Positions 1 to 14,800 of a stretch of 64,000 nucleotides of DNA are shown here, piece by piece. This DNA comes from Gekko japonicus. Its lineage: Eukaryota. The stretch is from contig NW_015173183.1 in the NCBI RefSeq assembly GCF_001447785.1, forward strand, positions 215,905 through 279,904, written 5' to 3'. The notes beneath the pieces are model-generated. The model saw only the letters and a list, made by a program, of their open reading frames with translations. It was not told the DNA's origin and searched no databases. The position numbers and the translations under genes were made by a program. Each line of letters starts with the position of its first letter. Position 1 is the stretch's first letter.

Positions 1-42
1 TATAGTCTAGATATCAGTCATACTTTCAGAGGATTAAGACTG

Positions 43-174
43 GTGGTTAAGTGCACAGACTCTAATCTGGGAGAACTGGGTTTGATTCCCCACTCCTCCA
101 CATCAGCAGGTGCAAGTGGAGGAGTGGGGAATCAAACCCGGTTCTCCCAGATTAGAGTCTGCACACTTAACCAC
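43..174. mobile_element. Two 5' halves of a tRNA-derived squamate SINE (Squam3-like) fused in inverted orientation
   Basis: 43-101 and the reverse complement of 116-174 match at 56/59 nt. Both match the heads of the full SINE copies at 9251 and 14091 (GTGGTTAAG...GGTTTGATTCCCC, A/B-box-like). Confidence 0.85.
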
Positions 175-1106
175 TGCACTGTTGCTTTTGTATTGATAAC
201 ATGTTGTTACCCGCCCTGAGCCCACTCGTGGGAAGGGCAGGCTATAAATATGAATAAATAATAAATTAATGTGTTAATTGGGGCAGCTACTTCAATGACT
301 AGAAATATAGTTTAGATTTTTCTGATCAGGGAAATGGCCATTGGAATCCCCCCCCCCCTTTGGCTGTAACACTACTCACTTTGATAATTCTCACAGCTAG
401 TAAAGTTTGCACTGGCTCTGTGGTTTTGTACATAAAATCACTTCCCTGTCGGAAAAATCAGGTGAAATCCATGGATAGATAGCCATAACTGGTGATAATT
501 TAAAAAGGAGTTTTTGTTAGGCCTGTGATGGTTAGTTAAGGGGTAGACACTTACTGTTTTATGTTATGTGTTTGAATTTGTTGTTGTTGTTGCTGAATGT
601 TGTGATGTTAACCAAAACTAACAGTTTAAATGGACAAGTGGTATGAAAATAACATAAGGTATGTATAGTAAGCAAATATTTAAATATGCTTTAAAAGTCC
701 CATGCTTTTCTGGGCATTCGCATGTTAAAGGGTATAATATGTGAAGCAGCCCCCCGTTTGTCTTTATAGGAGCATCATGGGCCCATAGAATCAACCCCCT
801 CTTCTTCTTCTGACAGTTACCTAGAATCCGTCCCGTCCCCCCCGCCGGCGGTTGCTAAGGGCCCAGTAACCATAGAAACTTCCAGAAAGACCCAGCTTTT
901 CCTAGCCTTCATTTTTTAAACATGACGTCCCACCGCGGCCAATGGGCTTCCTCCGCTTGGCCCATACTGCGTCCTCTGATTGGTTCGCGGTACCGGGCAA
1001 TGCGGCCCAATGAGACTCTCGGCGCGTATGCCATTACTGGAGAGGGGAAAGGAAAGAGGAGGGCGACGGCGCGGCACGCGACGGGATACGTCATGACTGC
1101 AGTGGT

Positions 1107-1190
1107 CCAATAGATATCGGACAGCATGGTGGGAAACGACCAATAAGAAGGCTCCAGCGAGGAAAAAGTGACCAATAGGGGGAGTCCACG
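1107..1190 (+). promoter_or_regulatory. HSPA5: Three tandem ER-stress response elements (ERSE, CCAAT-N9-CCACG) of the HSPA5 promoter
   Basis: 1172-1190 CCAAT-agggggagt-CCACG is perfect. 1140-1158 is CCAAT-N9-CCAGC and 1107-1125 is CCAAT-N9-ACAGC. Spacing is 32-33 bp. CRE/ATF-like TGACGTC lies at 923-929 and TACGTCA at 1087-1093. Confidence 0.92.
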
Positions 1191-1206
1191 CAAGGCTGAG
1201 GAAAGG

Positions 1207-1215
1207 TATATAAAA
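1207..1215 (+). promoter_or_regulatory. HSPA5: TATA box of HSPA5
   Basis: TATATAAAA 16 bp downstream of the perfect ERSE, inside a CpG-rich region. Confidence 0.9.
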
Positions 1216-1237
1216 GCAGAGGGCGGCTGGGCCTGCA

Positions 1238-1363
1238 TACCGCGTTCGAACGACGAATGAAGAGATAGAGAATTTTGGAAACTGATTTTGGAAACGGACT
1301 GGCTGGTGACTAGAGTGCTAGAAGCAGGCCGATCTTGTGAAGTGGGGTTGCGTGCCTAGGAAG
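1238..1363 (+). other. HSPA5: Probable non-coding first exon of HSPA5 (start approximate)
   Basis: Begins about 25-30 nt after the TATA box and ends at a strong donor, AAG|GTAAGG. The coding ATG lies 1.46 kb downstream, after candidate acceptors at 2754 and 2793. Confidence 0.65.
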
Positions 1364-2822
1364 GTAAGGCTAGATCCGTTGGGGCGGGGGGCGCTTACTG
1401 CTCAGGTTCCATGTGGGCGGCTGGGGGGGGGATAGGTCTTGTAGAGCGGCCTTTGGAGTCGCAGCATCCTAGAAGGGCTCATCATAGCCCCCCCGCCCTC
1501 ATTTGGTATCCTCGGTGTGCCCTCTAACCACCCATCCCCCCATTTTCGGTCCCAGAGATCCTTGGAACAAATAGGTCGGGGAATTTTAGAGGGCGAACAA
1601 GAACCATTTTTTTTAAGTAAACGACACGAGGACAATTACACGTTCTTAAAACCTTTCCCTTTCCCCAGTTCATGTTGGGGTAGATTTGTCGCCGCTTGCA
1701 GGATTCTGGCCCGGGTTCACATCCCCCCCCCCCGGAATAACGGGAAATTAAAACTGCATATGTAGTTAAACTGCAGTAGTATTTTGTGCTGAATACCGTC
1801 TTTGTCGTGGTGGGGGTCTAAAATGATATCTGACTTTAGAGACCCATTCACTTCTTTTTGGTCTGGTAGTCTTCATTTCTATGATGGACAGTGCCTTGAA
1901 TGGATTCCCTGTGGTTTTTACTCCTCCCCTTCTGAATACCACTATGTTGTATGTACAATGTTGGTTAGAAGAACGTGGATTAAAGCAGTAATACTCAGCA
2001 ATTTTGTGAAGGAATTAACTGCAGGAGCAGTTTCTGTCTGTGTTCTTTTCCCCTCCCCTCCGTTAGGGTCATGTATGGCTCCTATGTTGCTTTCACTATA
2101 TTAACCACATCCATGGTTTAATTCTCGATTGTTCACTGTTTCCCTAGTTTTGGGGGATGTTTTTAGGGTTTTGTCTTCTTCCCAGGTTGTACTTTTGTTA
2201 CAGAATGGTAATTTTTGGTGTTGAAACTAGGTGTAGAATAAATTCTTCCAAAAAAACTAAATGCAAGTTAGAAGAATCTGTCTAGTTACTCAACTTCTGC
2301 TTTTGTTTATCCATTCTTTATTAAATTGGCTTTTGAATCAAGGGCTGTAGGTAGAAGCTAGAAAAAGTTGGGGCTGTGGTTACACTGACCAGTAATTTCT
2401 AGAGCACAAGGCATTCAGTGATAGGATGTCTTGGAATTCCAGCCAGTGGACTTTGAGAAGTGACTGCCGTTGTTTGCTGCTGCATATGTGAACTAGGTTG
2501 CCTAGTTCTGGAAGTGGTATGGGTAGGGTTGATAGTGTGCCCCCTTCTGATAGTGTACAAAATGCTTGTAAAAAAGTCTGCTTTCCATTTTCTTGTTGGG
2601 TGCCATGTGACACTGGTGGGTCTTGTTCTTGCATATGTAGCTCTCTTACCCTTCTGTGCATAGACTAATGGACTCCCCAAATACTAAAATTTTGCAGGTT
2701 AGCAGTAGTACTTTTTTTGCTGGTGTTATAGCTGTTTCACTATCTTTTTTACAGGCTTTTAAGCTACTGAGTAAAAACTCGAAGACTTTCTAGGTGCTGT
2801 GGGGGAAAACCGTGAAGACAAC

Positions 2823-7294
<4,472 letters not shown>

Positions 7295-7564
7295 GCCTCA
7301 GCCTACTGAATGTAATCACTGTAAATATTGGACTTGGAACTTTTGTTGAACTATTGAACTTTGGAATGTGATCAGAATCTTCACTCATGTGGAGTTGGAA
7401 ATGCTAGCCCAAAGTGGCTGTTTACTGCTTTTCATTAGCAGCTGATAAATGGGGTGGGGGCGCTAACTAGCCAGGGCTTAGACGTGTTCCCCTTGAAACC
7501 ATTCTATTTAACAAAGTGGGTCGTGTGTGTTCTGTGACGAACTTTTCTACCCTCAAGTGACAAC

Positions 7565-7570
7565 AATAAA
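7565..7570 (+). terminator. HSPA5: Polyadenylation signal of HSPA5 (proximal)
   Basis: AATAAA 270 nt after the stop codon. Confidence 0.7.
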
Positions 7571-8860
7571 TTTGTTACTGACACTGGATCTGGGTCTATC
7601 ATTCCTGTAGTTAACCGAGTTCACAAGCAGGCTCTGCAATTCTCTTCACCTGGACGTGGCTGGAGAGGCTAATGAAGTGAAGCCTTACATTGGTCAACAA
7701 GTCCTGCATTGCACATGCTTGTGTGGAACAACTAACAATTTCTCCCATTCTGGTGAAGTGTATTTTAAATTACTTAGAGCCAAGACCAATATAAAATGAA
7801 GTTACCTTCTTTCCCCCCTGTAATGTTAATGGCACCTGCCTAACAGGCAGAATCTGTAGGCTTGGTTGGGGTGCTAATGGCCAAAAATCATTGGAGCAGT
7901 GGTTTGAAGAAAAGTGGAAAGATTCTGGGGCTTGACCCTGTAATTAATCATCTCTCAACCATGTCAAATGGAGCGGGCATCATGCATGAGCTTTACTGCT
8001 GGTGTTGGCCTTGTCATGTGATCCCAAAATATTCAGGAGGAATATTGAGGATTAGTGTACTTTGTGGTCAGATTTAAGATTAGGCCACCCATTTCCTTTT
8101 GCTAGCGGAAGACCCCATTTGTCAGCGCTGTTGAATAAACATCCTGCCTCTAACAAGAAAGCAGAAGATGTGTTAAGTACTTTTCCACACAGGGCCATGC
8201 ATATGATTACACTGTAATGTTAAGATATGAGCAGGGTGAGAGAAGAGCTAAAGCAAATACATGACAGGACTTCATTAGTCCAGCATTTCCCTCCCATTGA
8301 AAGAAGGGGGGTGCCTTTTACATGGGTTAATCAGCTGTCCTGTCTCCCGTAATGTAATCCCTAATGGTTGTCCTGACAGCAACTGCTCCACGATTGATTC
8401 CTTACTGTGAGTCCTTTTAATGTATGCTAGCACTGGAGCATCTCCCCCCCCCCCCATCAACTGCCAAACATACTGCCCTGGTTGTGGCTAAGGGAAGGCA
8501 GGCGCACATATTTAAATGTAGAAGTACTGAGATAATGGGCCTCCAGGCTTGTACTGGCAACCAGTCCCAGGGAAAAAGACTATAAGTTACATCTAACTAC
8601 AGATCTGAATTTTTTTCTATTTGTTCATATTTAAATTACCAGACACAATAAAGAAAACCAGCTTATTTGCATAAATTCTCCTTGCCCAGCCATTTTGAGC
8701 ACTTTGGAAACCTGAACCTCAAGAAGCATACAAGAATGCACATATTTGTAGTAGTTTGCCATAAGGTTTTGGATTGTCAGTGAAAAGGCTCCCCAAGGGT
8801 GAAGGGGGCACCCTTTGTTGTCCCTAAGTGCTGTGCTGTTTTCAGTGCCCTCTGATTTTC

Positions 8861-11800
8861 TTACTGAAGTAGACTTACAACACAGTCCTTGTAGATCTCC
8901 CCCCTCATATCCATTCCCCCAAATATGAGACACAGCTGCTCCTTGGGGCAGCTTTCCTTCTCAGCGGCTTCTTTCTGGCCATTGAGCCCTTCTCCAGCTG
9001 CTGCTTCACAATCTTTGTTCTTGGAAGGAGCCTCCCAGGGAATGATGCACATCGAATGGTCCAGGCGCCCCGGGGGCAAAGGAGTCTTGAACTCTAGATG
9101 TGTCCAGTGACCTTTTTCTGGAATGTTAAAAGGAAGCCAAATGCTCGTTAAGGAAATAATTTGCAAGATACACAAAGCACATGGAGGCGGGTAAGCTACT
9201 GGGTTGATAATATTTAGTCCCTTTAGCTTCTGTGGATGGGATGATTTGAACAGTTTGGTGTAGTGGTTAAGTGTATGGACTCTAGTCTGGGAGAACCAGG
9301 TTTGATTCCCCACTCCTCCGCTTGCACCTGCTGGATGATCTTGGGCAAGCCATAGTTCTGGCACAGCTGTTCTTGAAAAAGCAGTTTCTGTCAGAGCTCT
9401 CTCAGCCCCACCTACCTCACAGGGTGTCTGTTGTGGGGAGGGGAAGGGAAAGGAGTTTGTAAGCTGCTTGAGACTTCGAGTGAAGGGCGGGGTATAAATT
9501 CAATCTCTTCTTCTTTTCCATCTTACCTGATGTTTTCCAGAGCCCTTCACTACCTTTCACTACTTGAAGGAGTCTCAAAGCGGTTTACAATCTCCCTTCC
9601 CTTCCCTACAACAGATGCCCTGTGAGGTAAGTGGGGCTGAGAGAGCTCTTTCAAGAAGCAGCAGTCTTAGTTACAGGCTCAAATCCTAAAAAATACTACT
9701 GAGTGAAGGATTTCCTTTGGAGGAGTGTAGCTTTCTCATCCCCCCCCACTGCTGCAGCTCCAAATGCTGCTCCTGGGGGCCCCCCCAGAAAGACCACAAT
9801 GGACAGAATCAGCAGTAATTGCCCCCTCATCTGCAGAAATGTTAGAGGGTCCAACCCAACACATACAGCCCTGACAACCCTGAGCTGTCACTGAAGGAGG
9901 ATCATTTTTAGTGCAGAACTGGCTCTCCCAAGCAAAGTAACCTGGTCATTTGCAAGAAGTGAAGGAGACCGAGCAAGGCTCAGTTAGCTAACTGCTCATG
10001 ATAGGCCAGTCACTTCCCAGTCATCCTCGCCAGAACCCACCTATGTGAAACTTGTACATGGAGTCCAGTGCACCTGTTGGGTCCATTCCACCAAAGATGT
10101 ACAAATGACCCTGAAAAACAACTGCCGAATGGGCTGCCCGCCCTCCTGGGACAGATCCAGTGGCCAACAGCATCTCCCATTTCATATCTCCTGCACAAAG
10201 AAGGTAAAACCAATAATCAGGCTGTATCCCACACAGAACTAGTTTGAAATTCACACAAAGGCTTGCTAGGCTTGCAGCTGTTTTCACAGACAGATGGGTG
10301 AAAATGAATTAAATGCATTTTTTTTAATTCCTGAGAATCTGCTTCATACAGACTCAAACCAGATCTGAGAAAGATTTCTGGGACCGTGCACGTGGCACAA
10401 TTCCATCGTTACTCCGCTTGCGTGGCAGAATTAGAATCAGTTTCAGAATGCCAGTGATATCTGTCTAGCAGAGTTCGTACTGTAACATGCAAAAACCTAA
10501 AACTACTTTTTTTAAGTGAGATGGTATGAGAGCCATGAAACCCTTTCTTTAGAATCAGCACCACCACTTACTTGTATCAATGCAGTACAGATCACTGTAA
10601 AAAGTATCACCCGCCAGACCACCATGGATGAAGAGCTTGCTCCCGAGAGCCACCACTGCGTGGCCATGCCGAGGGGCAGGAGGACTGCCCTGTACTTCTG
10701 CCTGCTGCCAGGTCAGCGTGGCTGTGCAGGAGAAAACCAAGTGCATTAGGGTGAGGGGAGAGGACTTTCCTTTGACCGACAGCACAATAACATTGGGTTA
10801 GGAGGACCTGCCAAAGTATCACAAAGTCTTGAGCAAGCTTTCATGTCATCCGGAATTTTTCATCAAGAGCTTGGCCAATATCAGCTGGATGTTAGTACAA
10901 GGGGGGGGGGGAGAGATGTTGCCAGACAGGATGGGAAAGTCCTAAATCGGCACTTTGTATAGATTTTTAAATGGAAACTGTTACAAATGGATTCAACAGT
11001 GCAAATCAGATTTCAGTTTCAGCAAAGCGTACCTGACAGAAAAGTGGGGCTTTACACTTTGTAAACAGATTTTTTAAAATTCCAGGGGGGGGAGGGGAGT
11101 TTAGGCATAACTTGAATCTCAGTCACAACACTGGAGCACATGAATCCCTTGCAAGATGAAATACAGGAAAACATACAGTCTTAATGTTTTTTCAGATATT
11201 ATCCAACAGGGTTTCTTGTGATCTTAACTGGTGATCTGAGCTACTTTTGCACCATTTCACAAGATTCAGGGCAAGTGGTATTGCAATTCTGCTATAAATA
11301 GAAACACTGCCTGGAAAGATCCAACTGAGATTCTAGTGAAGAACTCATGCTATGAACATAAGATAAGCCAATGTTGGATCAGGCCAAAGGCCCATCCAGT
11401 CCAACACTCTGTGTCACACAGCGGCCAAAAATACCAGGTGCCATCAAGAGGTCCACCAGNNNNNNNNNNNNNNNNNNNNNNNNNNNNNNNNNNNNNNNNN
11501 NNNNNNNNNNNNNNNNNNNNNNNNNNNNNNNNNNNNNNNNNNNNNNNNNNNNNNNNNNNNNNNNNNNNNNNNNNNNNNNNNNNNNNNNNNNNNNNNNNNN
11601 NNNNNNNNNNNNNNNNNNNNNNNNNNNNNNNNNNNNNNNNNNNNNNNNNNNNNNNNNNNNNNNNNNNNNNNNNNNNNNNNNNNNNNNNNNNNNNNNNNNN
11701 NNNNNNNNNNNNNNNNNNNNNNNNNNNNNNNNNNNNNAGTTCTTGTATTGTGAGAAAGGGAGAAAAGTACCTCTTTCTCTACCTGCTCTATCCCATGCAT

Positions 11801-14800
11801 AATCTTAGAAACCTCGATCATGTCCCTCCTCAGCCGTCGTTTCTCCAAGCTAAAGAGCCCCAAGCGTTTTAACCTTTCCTCATAGGGAAAGTGTTCCAAC
11901 CCTTTTATCATTCGAGTTGCCCTTTTCTGTACTTTTTCCAAAGCTATAATATCCTTGGGAAAAGTGCAGAAAAGGGCAACTAGAATGGTTGTATCTACCA
12001 GCAGGCCAAACCTTGTAAAGAGTAGACTGTGTCTACACACGGAGGCTCTTTCCTAAGCTCTTATGGTTCATGGCTAATCCATGCTGCAGATTCGCAGAGA
12101 AATTGTGAATGGTACATTCTGCATGCAAAGCCGAGGTTCAGTCTCAAGTTCAGGGTTGCCAACTTCCAGGTGGCACATAGAGATCTGTTACCCGGGAGAG
12201 AATGGCTGCTTTGGAGAATGGATTCTATGGCATTATACCCTGCTGAGGTCCCTCTCCTCAGTCTCCACCCCCAAAATCGCCAGGTATTTTCCCAAGCCAG
12301 AGCTGGGAACCCTACTCGGGCAGCAGGTGCTGGGCAAGGACTGGAAAGCTGCTGCCAGTCCGAATAGGCAACACTAAAGCTAGGCCAATGGTCTGACTTG
12401 AGAGAAGGCAGCTTTGTCATTTAGGAACCCGATTCTCATTTTGGATACCAGGAGTTCTGGGTTTGAATCCCTAATACGATCACATATGGGGGAAAGCATC
12501 CTAAAATATTTAGAAAGTGGCTTACTGGAGCACATTTTTCATGTGCAGACGGTCCAAGGTTCAGTCCCTGTCATTTCCCAATCCAGACCCTTCCCCCTCA
12601 TTTCATGCCTCTGGGTCCCCTATCCCCTCAGGAGTAGCATTTCGTGAAGACCAGGGGGCTGCAGTGAGAAGGATGAAGCAGGAACGTTTCCTTCTGCTGC
12701 TAGAAACTTTAGTCTGGACCCAACCTGGTTTCTCTGCCTGAGGCCCAGCTTCCAGTCACAGGTAAAACTACACTAGACACATCAAAAAAGCATACGGCAG
12801 CTTCATATATTCCATCTGTATAACAAGCAGGCACATATATAAAGTTTTCATCAGTTAAAAAAAAGTTATGTACATTCAATTATTTTCTTGGATGACAGCC
12901 CTAAAGATAAGAACTTGATATTCCAGAATACTATCTGTAAAATGCTTTATGCCAATGATACACAATGGCTCAGAAGCCTTTGACATGCTACCGGTGGCTC
13001 TTCTCAGCACCATTCCCCAATGTGGTTTCAGGAGTTGGCAAGGCCCTGGTGGAAGGACTTGCATGAATGGAAAGAGGGAAGCTGCTGCTACCTACACCGA
13101 GGCATTTGACCTCAAGCAATATCTGACCACAATCCAAAATAATAATTTTAGACAAGAGTGCCCAGTGCTTATTTTGTAAAAAGTAGTAGTGCTGGTGTTC
13201 ACAGATAAGGCTGCACTGATGTTCACCAAATCCTCCCACAGGAGTTGGGAGGGCAGCCCAAAAGGTGCCATACAGTACTTCATATTAGTGGGTACTTCCG
13301 AATGTGCCAAAACCGAAAAAACCTGAATGTGCCAAACCGACTCTAGGCCAGGCAGAACTTTAATCCATACAGATGAAGACTATATTCTTTCTTCGACAGT
13401 AAATGATCAATCACCTGAGTCAAATACATGAAGTTGCTGGTCTTGGACAGGATCTGCCCCTTTATCACCTCCTCCAAATACGTACAACCGGTCCCCAATT
13501 GCTGCAGAGGATGTGTGGTATGTCCTTGGGGACGGTGGAGTGCCGGTGACTTCAAGACTCTCCCAAGTTCCACTTTCTAGTGAGAAAACCGTAAGGGTTC
13601 ACAAATGATCAGATTCATACCAAGGAACCAATCTAGATGTTAAAGCCATCCTTCCTGGAGGTTATATCTGGAGAACTGAGCTGTGACTAATGAATGCTCA
13701 TATTGAAACAAACAGGTACCCCCTTGCTTCCTTCCTGTCCTATCACTGGAGGTCCAACAGGAAGTAATGCGTGATAAGGCCTTTTTGATGGTAGCACCAG
13801 GATTGCTGATACCCTCTCCCACGAGGCACAGATGACATCTCTCATTGCAGCTTTTAGGAGGATGGTAAAATTCACTTCTTCTGCAGAGTTTTTCATTTGG
13901 CTGAGGCTGGCTGTACTAAAGATTTGAAATTTTTGTCTAGAGACCAACAGAACACCTATTGTTTTCTCAAGTGCTAATTTATTGCTTTGTGAATTTTAAC
14001 TCTGTGTTTTTACTGAATTCATACTTTCATTGTTTGTATAATGATGATAAATATTTTTATTTGTATGATGACTTTCATATCACAATGGGCCAGTTTGGTG
14101 TAGTGGTTAAGTGTGCAGACTCAAATCTTGGAGAACCGGGTTTGATTCCCCACTCCTCCACTTGCACCTGCTGATGTGACCTTGGGTCAGTCGCAAGCTC
14201 TGGCACAGCTGTACATGAAAAAGAAGTTTGTCTCAGAGTTCTCTCAGCCCCACCCACCTCACAGGGTGTCTGTTGTGGGGAGGGGAAGGGAAAGGAGTTT
14301 GTAAGCCACTCTGAGACTCCAAGTGAAGGGCAGGATATAAATCCAATCTCCTCTTCTTCTTCTTCTGTTATTGAAAAGACTAAAATAGACACTGCTAGCA
14401 CTTTATGATATTGAATTGTTTTATATTGAACTGTTTTTAGATGGTCCTATGATAAATTCAACTTATTTATGTGTTTTACTCTCATGTAAGCCACCCTGAG
14501 CCTGCCTTGGTGGGGTATAAATTGAATAAATAAAGAGAGAAAAGCATTTTAATAAAGAAATATCTTCAGGAACTGCAAGCATTAAACTGAAATTATAAAC
14601 ACAAGTAGTGCATACATTTTTTGGAAGTGTCCCATGCCAAGGGGGAAAGCCAACCACAGAGCTTCCTTGATTTTACACAGTTTTGGAGATTTGTTAATTA
14701 CTTGTTCAAAAGTATTTCAAAAATGATCAATTACTTCTTTCCCCAGGGCACAAAAAGCTTCTTGAAGGGGAAGGCTCCTCAAACCAGGTCAGATCCATGG

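Noticed and set aside
11336-11872. Long ORFs spanning X residues
   Set aside because: Artefact of the N gap.
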